A stretch of 64,000 nt of DNA, from assembly GCA_013239625.1 (NCBI GenBank), contig MU056050.1:1784084-1848083 (forward strand). Direction: 5' to 3'. Position 1 is the stretch's first letter, and each line of letters opens with the position of its first letter. The notes under the pieces were generated by a model. The model saw only the letters and a list, made by a program, of their open reading frames with translations. It was not told the origin of the DNA and ran no database searches. Origin of the DNA: Lama guanicoe. Taxonomy: Eukaryota. The translations under genes and the position numbers were made by a program. Of the stretch, positions 22,380-34,675 are shown one piece after another.

Positions 22380-23790
22380 TGTGAAGTCCTTGACTTTGGT
22401 ACCGGTTAAAACTTAATTTTAAATCTCTTCTCCCACCATTTCACCATACAGACTTTTTTGAACTAATTTGAACTTCTTACGATTCCCAGACATTCTATGA
22501 TCTTTCACAGCTCTCTGCTTTTGTTCATGCTGTTTCCCCTGCATCGAATGGCTCTTTTAATGACTCTTTCTTATGAATCTGGTTTTTACTCATTCTTCCA
22601 GATCCACCTTAAATGTCATCTCTTTAATTAAGCCTCCTCTGGCACCAAAAAAAGCTGGAGAGTCTTTCTGTAATTCTCTCCTCAGGCTCAGTGGAGACTT
22701 CATGACTACTCTATACCAGAGGCCACTTGAAAGATATGTGTAATTCTGTCACACTAAACAAATAATAGGCTCTAGGAAGGCAGAAATATTATCTTTTTTT
22801 CCATATGTCCTATTGACTGCTGAAAATAATACTGGCACTGAAGTAATTGTCTTTTCTGTAAGCGCACTCCTCCTTCTAAATGTCCTATTATAAATCATGA
22901 CATCATGATCTACTCAAGCTCAAAAGCACAGACTTTACTTTGATTCTTCCCTCTCCCTCTATCCCCGCCATGTCTGCTTAATTTCTGAATTCTGCAGCTT
23001 CTACCTTAGACTTATCTCTTAAATCTATCTTTATTCTCCCATCCCCAACTCTCATCATCTCTTGGCCAGATTATTAGAACAGGCTCCTAAGCAGTTTTTC
23101 TGCTTTTTAATCCATGCTCCAGGCTGCGAGCGGAGTCTTTTTTTTTTTTTAAATACAAAACTGATCTTGTTACTTGCTAATTCAAAACCCTCTAATGTCT
23201 GCCCATCACCTCCACCACAGAGGCCAAAAATTTAACCATGGCATACAATGGCCCTGCCCAGTCACAAGGCTCATTTCCAGGCTCATCTTTTGCTATGACT
23301 CCATGAAACTTTCATACCAGATAAACCCAATGTTTTGCAGAGATCATGGGGCACACATGGAATTTTATCCAACTGTGCTTCTGCACATGTGATTTTTTAA
23401 TGCCTTAACTGTTTTCGAAGCTTTCTGCCCGACTCTTACTGATCCTTCAATACTCAGCCCATATTGTCTCATCTAGTAAAGCATCAAGTCCCATTCAAAC
23501 TCCACAAAGCTGACTTGGTTCACAGTACCCATTTCCTTGATCCCTCCACCATGATTTGTAAATATTTCTATCGTGGCACTTATCTGTTACCAGTCTGTAT
23601 TCCTCGTTAGTCTATGAGCTGTTCCAGAGTAGTGATCTGCCCTCATTCACCCATATTATGGTTAGACCTATCACACAGCCAAAGCATAAGTCATGCTAAA
23701 AACATCCACTTAGTGTCTACCGACTGCATTTTTCACAGCTCTTAATGCAGAAGTGGGCACGTAAGTTCAGTAAATGCTTATTGAGAAATT
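22380..23790 (+). mobile_element. Cluster of L2 LINE fragments
   Basis: Pyrimidine-rich decayed L2 motifs ('tcatcatctcttggccagattattagaacaggctcctaa', 'tccttcaatactcagc', 'aaatgcttattga'). Confidence 0.6.
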
Positions 23791-24221
23791 AATTCCCTTG
23801 ATGGGTTCCAAGAAGTACCCACTTCATTCCAAACTCCTCTTAACAGTGAATAAAGTTATAACACATTTTCAAATTCCTTTTTTGCCAGAAATTGTTACTG
23901 AACATCAAAAACTGTTTTATTCTTTTTTTTAATTGAGGCCATGATTATGTACATAGAGCAGAGAGCTATCATTTAAACAAAGTCAAGCAACCAAATGAAA
24001 ATTTAAATAAATCAGTTACAATATGTAGATTTGATGTGTTTCTGTCCACCTAAGGAAATAATATTAAAAGGTATGGTCAGCCTGGTAGATTGTCCCTCTC
24101 ATTTAGGTCAGACAAACTGGGCAAAATAATAATCCATTATTATGGATTTGTATATACTATTTTTTGATCCATTGACTCATTTGATTTTTACAATCCTAAG
24201 AAATTGGCAGGGAAGTTTTAT

Positions 24222-24392
24222 CATATTTCTTTGTCTCTAAGATGCCATAAATTATAAGATGAACTGTTGATTTAATTATAACTTTTCTCAGAAAAAAATA
24301 TCATGTTACATGGATCACAAGACTTATTTCGATTTCAAAAACTTTAAAAGTATGAAAACAAAACTTTGGTCTTAGACCTGAGGACATGTGGT
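24222..24392. mobile_element. TcMar-Tc2-like MITE (MER104/Kanga-like)
   Basis: Degenerate inverted termini 'catatttctttgtctctaaga' / 'tcttagacctgaggacatgtgg'; 'ctaagatgccataaattataagatg'. Confidence 0.55.
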
Positions 24393-24522
24393 ATAACGCC
24401 CTTCCAAAAATGAGAAAAATGAGGTCGGGAAGATTAACACGTATGTCATGTAGCTATTAAGTAGGAGATTCAGGGAGGAGTTTGATTCTTTTGATAGGTA
24501 GGTCAGTCCTCTTTTATTCTAC

Positions 24523-24830
24523 TAATTTTCCAAATGTGTATTCAATGGAATAATATACATAATCTTGTAGGAATGTTGATAAGGGGTGGGAGGAGTTTCT
24601 GTATTTAACTCAATTTGAGAAACTCAGAGTTAAAAATAAATAGGTTTCTTTACTGTGTAACTTCCCAGAGCTTTTATTATGCTAATTAATGTACATCATT
24701 AATTTCCAAGATAGGAATATACTACATAGCATCACACAAAGTTATTTGACCATAGAACCTTTTTCTATGAAGTATCTTATAAAGTATCTTGTGTAACTAA
24801 TGCTCTGCACAGCACACTTTGGAAAACTGG
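24523..24830. mobile_element. hAT-Charlie non-autonomous element
   Basis: Inverted ends 'ttttccaaatgtgt' / 'gcacactttggaaaactg'; internal 'cagagcttttattatgctaat...ttatttgaccatagaacc'. Confidence 0.65.
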
Positions 24831-26639
24831 ACTAAACCAAGATAGAATTTCATCAGCCTCCAAATGCTGAACCACAACTCCCAATTTCTTAACTGTCAAT
24901 TACAAAGAGCATATATGGTAAAGCACTAAGCAGTAGACACTGCTGCCTAACTCTTGATCCAATTTGGCTGTTAAGAATGCTGAAGTGAGAGGTTCCATTC
25001 AAGAAAACCTGAAGAAGTAGCCATCAGCATAGTTACATTGGCCAAAGCACTCCTCTTCTGACATTTGTCATATCACAAATATACCTTGAAACAATCAGTG
25101 TTCTCTAAAGTCAGCCTTCCACTAGGAATATAATATTTGCCTGTGTTTTGAGACAACAATATCCTTGAAAACCCATCTGACGGATTTTTCACGTTGTTTC
25201 TCAGTAGCATCTACAGAAATGTCTACTAGTCGCTAAAAACTATCCATTTATCCAACAATAATCCCCGAGAGCCTAGCACTCACCAGGCACTACCTGAACA
25301 CTAGGGATATAACAGTGAAAAGGACAGTTCAGTCCCTACTCTCATGATGCCCACAGTGTAGTCTAGGAAAGGCTGATACACAAAATACAATCTAATAAAC
25401 GTCAGAGTCAAGTCTGGACCTGCAAAGTGAAGCAAAGCCTGGGACTGTAACCTGCATAATTCATGTCCTCAAAAGTCTCAGTCTGAAATATCCAAATCAG
25501 GAATGCCAAAGTAGAGCCAAGGGCTGAACTTGATAGGATGATTGGCCCAGCACTCCTGCTTAAATTGTCAGCCAAGTGCTGCTCGTACCAATGCCATTCA
25601 GTTGCAAAGACAAACAAAGATAGACAATATCTTCACCAATGCCAGAATTTTATCTTCACTCATGGTAAAGAGCAACATTTTAAAATGTATTTGCAGAAAT
25701 CCACCTGCCAGGTCCTGACGAACAATTCTTTATTTCAAAGATACTGGAATTTTCTCCAAGTTGAGTAATCCAGTGGGCTTACCATAAGGAAATTAGAGAT
25801 GTAAAATACCTGCTAGACTGCTCTCAATCTGTCTCCCAGTCAGTGCCAAAAAGGAACAGAAGCACTGGGTCCCTCACAGCATTAAGGCATTAGACAGTAC
25901 TCCGTCGCCTGGAGCTTTCTTTCCCTCTTCTTGTCATTCATATGCCACCTGATATGCTTCTCCATTTTTCTACAGAAGGACACATTAATCTAATAACTGC
26001 CTTCATTGATTGAATATTTTATGTCTTTTTTAACCTTAAATGATCTGCTACAATTTTTTAGCTATCTATAAACCAAGTGAACTTTCTCTATCTCATTTCT
26101 GTGAATTACTGGTTTTGCTCCTATCTCCATCTTATTTGCATTCTCCCTTTTCACCACTAGATTTCATTTCTGATTCCAGAACTTTGATGACAGCAATTTT
26201 AAAGGAGGGATTAAGGACTAATGTATATATCTGTCAAAAAGGCCAGAGGGCAATTGTTTGGGGGGTAAATTGAAAATAACGTTTTCTTACATTTCACTTT
26301 CATCTGATGAAGCCATTCTAACTCAACATAGGAGGTTACGTTGAGTGCTTCTTGCTGAATGTGCTGGCTGGAGCTGGGCTTATCAAGTGATTCATGAGCT
26401 TCCTTAAATTCCAGCCTGAACATTGCTTACGCTTATGAGAATGTCTTTAATGGGGGTATGACATGGATCAGAAATAGTCAGAGTCATTTGTTTACAGTTA
26501 GCATTTTCTGAGACAGTTGAACTATGAGCTCCCATAATTGAGGCCTTTATTAAACACAATGAGCTGGTGTATTGTATATGATAAAAATAGTAATAGTAGG
26601 TCTTATTAGTATCTTATTATATCATATCATATCGAATCT

Positions 26640-27400
26640 TATTAAGTTCTAGTGGGCTTACTATTTGCCAAATACTGTTCCAAACACTTCACATGTATTT
26701 ATGACTTAATTCTCACCAATGCCTTATGGAGAGACACTATTCCAAAATCCCAGCTTTATAGGTGGAAAAACTTAGGCACAGGGCTATTTATCCCTAATTA
26801 CAGTTAGTAAATGATGGAGCTTGGCTTTTGTAGCCATTAACTACCTCAAATTCACTGCTCTCCTTCCCTTTCCCTGTTATGCTCTTCAATACAGGCAACT
26901 ACATTATCAGGTTCCTCTGTCCTCTGGCTTCTGAATAGGTTTGGTCAATGGGAAGCACTGATAGTAGAAAGAAAATTATAGGACAAGAGTTGGGGAAAAG
27001 CCAGTCTCTCTCTGTCTCTATTTCCTCCTTCTTCCTATAGCTGCTATGTCTTCCCATGGACAGCTCTCACTCCATAGCTCCAGGTCTGTCTCGGCAGCCC
27101 CTGTCTGGGTTTCAGCTTCAACCAGACAGCCTGGCTTCAAGGTTCTGGTAACACCACCTCCTCCCATTGCCCATCCTGCCCTAGAAGTGGAAGTAGCTTC
27201 CTGTTGCTACTAATCTCTTGGTGGCCTCACCATCCCCTTTTTTGATTTTTCAACAAGTCTATTACTCATTTAGCTTATCCCTTATATTAAATTCCTTTTA
27301 GACTAGTTCTGCTTTCTTGGAAAGACCCTAAGTTGAGATAAAGCTTTGAACTCAGTCTAGCCCTGGAGTCCATGCACTTAAACACTATGCTATTTTACCC
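26640..27400 (-). mobile_element. MIR SINE split by an LTR
   Basis: 'cccagctttataggtggaaaaacttaggcacagg' before the LTR and 'tttgaactcagtctagccctggagtccatgcacttaaacactatgct' after it. Confidence 0.7.
26829..27340 (+). mobile_element. ERVL solo LTR (LTR33/LTR16-like)
   Basis: 'tggcttctgaataggtttggtcaatgggaagcactg', 'gtagcttcctgttgctactaatctc', 'tattaaattcc'. Confidence 0.7.
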
Positions 27401-27759
27401 TTCCATAGAAGAGTTTAAATTCATTCCATGGAGTTCTCCAACGGATCTAAAAGATGAATAATTCAATCTGGAAATTGACTTCCTTAAATTCTGGTTTGTC
27501 AAAAGTAGCCCATAACTACTCCGCAGGGCCCCATGCTAGATTGTGAGCTCTGTGAGGACAGCAATTGTGCATGTTTTATTCACTGCAGTATCCACAGCAC
27601 ACAACCCAATGCTTAGCGTATAGTAGGTGCACAACACATGTTTGTGGAATCACCACCCCAAATCCATTTTCTTTTGTTCTCAAGTAAAATTGATAATTAA
27701 GCCTGTCTCATAATATTTATTCAGTATCATATATATGATAATACATCATATGTATTAAT

Positions 27760-27990
27760 AGGAAACATGGGTTTAGGAATCAGACTGTCTGGGTTCAAAT
27801 CCCAGCTCCATCATTCCCTAGAGAAGTGAATTTGGACATGTTGCTTAATCTCTCTGACCTGCTAGAATGAGGATAATGTTGGGATCCTTAACATAGAATT
27901 TTTGTAAGAATTAAATGAGATAATATACACAATGTGCCTAGTACAGGCGTGCAAAATGCTAATCACTCATTAAATGGAAGCAGACACTGC
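27760..27990 (+). mobile_element. MIR SINE
   Basis: 'ggaatcagactgtctgggttcaaatcccagctcc...gaattaaatgagataatatac'. Confidence 0.85.
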
Positions 27991-28904
27991 TATTATTGTT
28001 GTTGTGTTACTATTATTGTTACTACTGCTGCTGATATTATTATTTATTCTTTCCTCTTTGTGAAATGAACACTTGTGTTGGAACATTTCCTCAGGAGGCA
28101 GACTGTCTTTTAACTGATTTTCTGCCAACGAGACCCTTCAGCCTTTGCTCTTTACATGCTTCCCTGCTGTACAGGCTGAAAGCTTTTTAAACTGCAGACT
28201 AAGTCCATCAAGTCCTTGAGTCTCACTGACATTAGAGATAACTGAATTATTTTATCTGTCCTAAGCTTGACACCAGCTCAGTGTTACCACATGGTCCATG
28301 AGCCTCAACTTTCTGCTAGGTTTAGCCAGTATGTATAATTGGGATTCTGCCTCCGTGTCCAGACTACATTAAGTTTCTCTTGTGGCTCTAGAGCCTGAAT
28401 CTCTGACTCTGAGATTGCCCTTTACTGATAGGGACATAATTTTCATACTTTGTTTTCAATCAAATGGACCTTATAGAACCACAGTGCTACCATATTTCTA
28501 CATATAGAGCTAGCCATTGTTTGGAAACTTCTGCTAATGAGCATCCACATATCACCTAATCATATTATACCACCCTCCTTCTTTAAAATACATGATGGCT
28601 AGGCCTGAACTTGCTACACTGCTATGGACACAATGACATTAACTGCTACCTTGCCCCTTAAGAAGCTATTGCTAAACTCATTTAGTTTCACAACCCTGAA
28701 CATGTTTTCTCTGGATTATTTTCCTCCCTCACTGGCCATCTAATGTCCTAGTGGGTTTCGTAGCCCCACTTATAAGGATTATAACAGTGTCATGGCAGCA
28801 CTCTGTGCAATTAGGTAAATCCCATACATTTTGTAAATGAGAATGCTGGATCTGTTGGACCCAAAATCATTCAGCTAGGTCTGCTCATTTGGTCATTTTT
28901 CTGC

Positions 28905-29030
28905 ATTCTTCATTCCTTAATTTATTCAACAAATATTTATGGAGCACCTCCTGTGTGTACTGTACTGGGAACAGGAGATACAGTGGTGAACAAAATACAT
29001 CTATAAACTCAAGGAGTTTACCTTCTGCAG
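28905..29030 (-). mobile_element. L2 3' end
   Basis: 'ttattcaacaaatatttatggagcacctcctgtgtg...gatacagtggtgaacaaaa'. Confidence 0.75.
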
Positions 29031-30559
29031 GGTTGGGACTCAACAAGAAAACGTTCTACAAGATTCCCAGGCCCTCTCTTGTTCTTTCAATTCTTGTAGA
29101 AAATTATTTCAAAGATCATATATCACTAATCTACTGGCTTCCACAGTGGTTCCCTTGAAAAGAAAGTGAATTTTGTGTTGCCAATAACATGAGAAGTAAA
29201 AGTGATGACCATTCTTGTCCATCCACACACCCACGAACCCATACCCACGCACTAAGTTATCAGTCCTAAGGACAAATAATTATTCTCACTTCACCAAAAA
29301 CTATGCTCCAAAGTATCAAAGCATCTATAGATTTGGTTCTATTTAAGAATGGAAAAACTAATGACCAAGTTAATTGGGCTCATCAAATCAGACATTTGAC
29401 AACATTCTGCAAGTTAGGAAAATAAAATAAGTGTAGTGTCAGACCAGCCATCAGGTCAGCAGCTGCCCTCTCTAATCGAGCTCACAATCTATTCCAAATG
29501 TCCAATCCAATCTAGAGTAACTAGGAGGACCAGGAAAATCTTACAAGAGCAAAAGACCCCATCACTTCCTCTTGTTTGCATCTTTCACGGTCAATAGGTA
29601 ATTAATCACCAGGTTCCACCTCAGCAATATAGGAATTTTTCTAATGATTTGTTATATGAACAACTAAGGAGAAAAATTCTCCAGTGACATAATATGCATA
29701 ATGTATATCTTAATGGGAAGGCAATTTAGATATTTATTTAGGCCACATTCATGTGCAAGTTATTTCTAAGGATGGAAAGCTGCTTTGGCGGAACTAATTA
29801 TAATAAATTACTAACAGTGGCTGCAAACATTAGGCGTTCAGCCAAAGTGATCAATAGACCAAAAGCCAAGCTTAGACATATTTGCAAATGTGTTACATGA
29901 ATTTCTTATGGAATTAAAAAGGGGACCCCTTTATCTTGTTCTATGAGAGAATGAGTCCTCTAAGCCAAGTGCATTAAGATCTCAGCATTCACAAAGCTGC
30001 CTTAAGATATAGATGTATGTGCCTCTAGATTCCCAGGAATGGGACTGTTCTGTCCCATAATGCTCTTAATTGTCAGAAGAATTGGGGTGCTAAGATAATG
30101 TTGAAATGTCCCAAGTAAGCTTCACTTTTCTCAGAAATCAATTTTATCTTGGTACAAGAAGTGCCGGGCTTGATGGAAACCAGTTAGATGAAAATTTAAT
30201 TTTGCAAATTGTTCATTTATCCTCATATCCACTGTCAGTGAGAAAACAGGGCAATTTCCATATGACCACAAACCAAATGCAACAGCAATGTACTTAGACC
30301 AATGCAAAGTCTGTTTAAAAATCGGTTGGACAATTGGGGTCCTTGCTGTCCAAAACAATCTTGCTCAAGAGTGAAGCTATTTTTCTGCTTCACACCTCAT
30401 CACAAAAGCCCCTGGTTCTGTGCATTGTAAAATATCCCAGGGTCAGTAGGACATCCCATTTTTGCTCAATATATTGAAATCACGGGCCACAATGAAAACA
30501 GGTCATGCACAGAAATGCTAGTTCCCAGATTGCCAGCATATGTCCTGGGTATACAGTTT

Positions 30560-30915
30560 AAAATTTTACATTTCCTTAATGTAAGAACTGCAACAGGCAT
30601 AGCAAATAATTCAAACACTCTCCTATCTACCACTCAGTTTATGAAATAAAATATCACAAATATAAATGAAGCCACTGGTGCAGTGTATCTCTTCCTGTTC
30701 CTATTCCCTCCCTCCCTAGAAGTAAACACTATCATAAATTTGCTGTTTGCTATTTCCACGTATGCTTTATACTTTTCTTAATACAAATATATCCATAAAC
30801 AGCATATAATATTGTTTTGTGTTTTATGGTATCACACGATATGTAGTTTCCCATAAATACTGTTCTTTTATTTGCTCAACATTGGGGTCTTTGAGATTCA
30901 TCCATGTGATTTCAT
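30560..30915 (-). mobile_element. Old L1ME-type 3' fragment
   Basis: 'ccctagaagtaaacactatcataaattt', 'tttgagattcatccatgtg'. Confidence 0.65.
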
Positions 30916-32119
30916 CTCTCTCCTTGAGTACAGCCATACCATTACCAGTCACCACTTCATGCTCTAGCCAGCTCCCACTCTCATCACAGCCTGCCTCTCA
31001 AACTCTGACTCAGTTAGTTATTCATTCAGCCACCCATTCAATTGTTCAACAAATATGTATTGAGTGCTTAAAAATTACCAGACACTATTTAATGGGTTTA
31101 AAATAGAAGGAAAGCATCAGAGTGGACAAGACTGGTACCTCTTCTGCCTTATGTTCCAACCCTCTTCTCTTTGTCAGAAAACCTGATCAATTAAAGCAAA
31201 GTGAGTAAGAAAAGAACAAGTATTAATTGAGCATCTACTATGGGCTAATGTAGCTGTGGCTGAAAATGACATGTTCACTGTAGCATGTAACATACTTGTA
31301 TAATAACCTGGCCATCAATGACCCAAAAGAAAGTGAGTAGAAAGTAAGCTGCCGTTTTACAGAGTGCCAGTGATGTGTTTCAAAGATGTTATCTCCTTTT
31401 CATTCTACAACAGTAATCTGATATAAGGAGTGTTATTGTTTGCAATTAGCAACAAGGAAGCTGAACCTCAAGAGACAAGTAGTGACCTTACCACAGTCTG
31501 ATAGTAAGAGCCTGATCTAAGATTCAAATCCTGATCTTGCCCCTCTAGTTCAAACCTCTTATGGCTGATGGCAGGAATTTTAAATATCAAGAACCAGACA
31601 AGGAAAACACAGTTTCCCATTCCAAGCCACTATATGCAGGCCAGACAGACAGGATGCAATTTGCTGATGTGATTTTTGCCAAGAAAACATCAAAAGAATC
31701 TTTAATCACTGTGAGTGAGCTGAGGATCCATTGCCCATTATAGATGGTGCTTCCCTCAGGACAAGGTCGTGGCGCACAAGTCTTGATTCACTGCCCAGTC
31801 TGGTTTCGTGTCATGAGAGCTAAGGACTGTACCTCTGGTTTCAGGATCCTTCCACAAAAATTTTCCTTAACATCCCCTAGTGAAGGTTAAAGGCCAAGGT
31901 GGAACTGGCTGTGAAGCCATAAGCAATTTCTGAACCCTCTTTTCAATACACAGGACTTCTCTGGACTCAGCAACTATGAGGAAAACTGGGTGAAAGAAAT
32001 AATGACATTATGTAGTCAATCCCAGAGGAGCAAAGAATAGTAGCTGACAGCAATCTTGTTGCCACTGAGAGGAACCTGGAGGTCAGATCTCAGTGTGGAG
32101 GTCAGATCTCAATGTAGAG

Positions 32120-32378
32120 ATCATCTCTTCAGGAAAGTCGTCCCTTACCAGCCAAGCCCTGGCTCACTGACAATCTTGTGAGCTTCCCCCATCATAACAC
32201 TGCCCCCCATTGTATCGTAATTGTTTAGTTACCTGACTGTCTCTCCCATCAGAACTGTGCGGTCCACAAGAGAAGGGACCAGACTTGTTACTTCAGTCTT
32301 AAATTCACTGTGCCTAACACAGTGACTGGTACAAAATAGGTACTCAATGGGTATTGGTTGAATAAATTAATGAATGTA
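32120..32378 (+). mobile_element. L2 3' end
   Basis: 'gtgcctaacacagtgactggtacaaaataggtactcaatgggtattggttgaataaattaatgaat'. Confidence 0.75.
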
Positions 32379-32494
32379 CAAGTGAAAAATTCAGCTCCCT
32401 AAGAAGAGTCTTAGAGGAAGAAACCAAGAAGTGGTCTGACTGAAGCATTATAAGAAGCTGGAAAGGACCCCACAGACCCACAAAACATCCATAA

Positions 32495-32735
32495 ACTTTA
32501 ATTAACACTTGCTTTGTGCCAGGCACTACTCTAAGTGATTTTATATTTACTGATTTGTTTAACCCTCACAACAATCCTATGAGTTAGGTGCTATTTTTGT
32601 ACCCATTCAGCAGATGAATAAACTGAGGCATAGAGAGGTTTAATATCCAACTCAAGGTCATTCAGCTAGGAAGTATTAGAGCTGGGATTCATACTCAAAT
32701 AGTGTGGATCCAATGTCTGTGCTTTTAATCACCTG
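32495..32735 (-). mobile_element. MIR SINE
   Basis: 'tgtgccaggcactactctaagtg...cctcacaacaatcctatgag...aaactgaggcatagagaggtt'. Confidence 0.85.
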
Positions 32736-33359
32736 GGTAAACCATAAAAGTATAAAGATCTTTCTTGGTTATTGTCCCAAGATAAATAGCTGACAGCTCA
32801 AGAGCCACTGTGTTTTCCTATGTCTAGGCACCAAAATCCTTATTAGCCGAGACTGTACTCCTTGAAAAACAACCCTGTCCTTTGGATCTGTACTCCAGCC
32901 CTAATATATTTTGGTTGTTCAGGAAAAGTACCATGCTAAATTCACAAGAAGACCTGTAGTGGAATCAGGCTACCGTGGTATCTTGGGTTAATTATCTTGG
33001 TTTAGGCTCTGGCACTGGACAAATCTGGGTTTAAACACCATCTCTAACATTTATTCACAAAGAGATTTTAAACAAATATCCAAACTTTCTAAATCTCAGT
33101 TTCTCATTTGTAAAGTGATACAAATAGTATCAATCTCAAAGGATGCTCCAAGAGCCAAGTGTGATCAACTATGTAAAATGCTTAGTGAAGTGCCTGGCAG
33201 AGAGGGGATCTTCAACAAATGTTAGTAAGTGTTATCTGTGGGACTCACTTTCTTCTTCTGAAACAGGATGCTACTGTGTATCTCCCGGCATTGGTGCAAG
33301 GACTAAAGGAGGAAGGGAGAGTATGCCAACAACAGGCTATCTTACACTATTGCCTTCTT

Positions 33360-33573
33360 TATATCCCATTTTCTCTTCTTTCACTGGGAATCCAGCTATA
33401 GACTTACCACTATACTAAAACTACTCTTTAAAAGGTCACCTATAACTTCCAAAATGTCAATTCTAATGTTCTTTTCTCAAGTTTCATCCTACTTCCTTGT
33501 CTGCTACGTTTTTTTCATTATTGACCGCTCCTCTGTCTTAAACTTCTCCCCTCTTGTTTGCTGTAAAATTGCA

Positions 33574-33648
<75 letters not shown>

Positions 33649-34675
33649 TTTATAGAGAGATATCTCTTACTCTAGAAGTTCCTTTCTGCCAACCCCTTCC
33701 ACAGGTACTTGCCAATGTTCTAGCCTTGGCACGCTCCACTTTCCCCTGAGCCCACTCTTGCTGGGCAATCACATCTACTCCTGTAGATACAAGAGCTTAT
33801 TCTGTGTGGATGAGCCCCAGATTTATGACTCTGACCTTAACCTCAACTGAGCTTGAGTCCTACATCTCTATTTCTTGCTGGATATCACTCTTGGCAAGCT
33901 CTCCTTTCCTCCTCCTTAAGCCCGTACTTCCTCCTGTTTCTTTTTCAATTAATGGTCATATCACTCTCCTAAGCCACCAGAGTTTGAAACCCTAGTAATC
34001 TCTTTCACTTGCAACCCTTACTATTTCTTATCCAAACTAGAAGAGTAACAACCAAAGAAGCCTCATTGATTCCATCCTCAACCTGCTCTGCTCCATCCTT
34101 CAGCTGGCCCCAGTTTCACAGATCTAAACAAGCCACTCCCAGGTCTAGGAGTATGCATGGGCTCTACAGTGACAAACGTAACATTTCAAACATCTTAATC
34201 CAGCAATCTTGCCTTCAAAGTCCTTTACCAATTCAACCCCATTCTAAACTTAACAATATTTTTCACCTTGGCATTTCTCAAAGCTGACCTAACTTAATGA
34301 TAGAATTCTATGTTTAAGTTATTCTCTCTGCTTAGACTGTCTTGCACAAGTCCTCCTTCCTTCAAAGACATCTATGTTTCAAAAGCACACTCAACCTTTA
34401 AGCTGCCTTAAAATTCTCCCTCAACCACATAGCCATCTTAAAAATCCTCAGTGAAAATTTCTCTTTCCCTTATAATCCAATAGTACTTATTTTTTTTTTA
34501 CCTTTAATATGGAGCTTTCCATAGTCCAACTTATAATTACGTAGATCTAGATCTTTCTCATGGACTGGATTATAAGCTATTTGAGGGTAAGGAAGATATT
34601 ACATATTTTTATCTATAAATTGCCCACAGAATCAAACACAGAGTTTTACACATGGTGTGAACCCAGGAAGAGTTG
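33360..34675 (+). mobile_element. Cluster of L2 LINE fragments
   Basis: 'aaactactctttaaaaggtcacc', 'gatgagccccagatttat', 'ggattataagctatttgagggtaagga'. Confidence 0.55.
33576..33644. repeat. Pure (CTG)23/(CAG)23 trinucleotide repeat
   Basis: 69 bp of uninterrupted CTG. Confidence 0.97.

Noticed and set aside
30020..30490. Possible MER94-like hAT-Blackjack fragments
   Set aside because: Only short 'gggactgttctgtccc' and 'ggacatccc' motifs, too little to call.
33454..33675. Poly-cysteine ORF
   Set aside because: Only the (CTG)n microsatellite read in one frame, within L2-like sequence.
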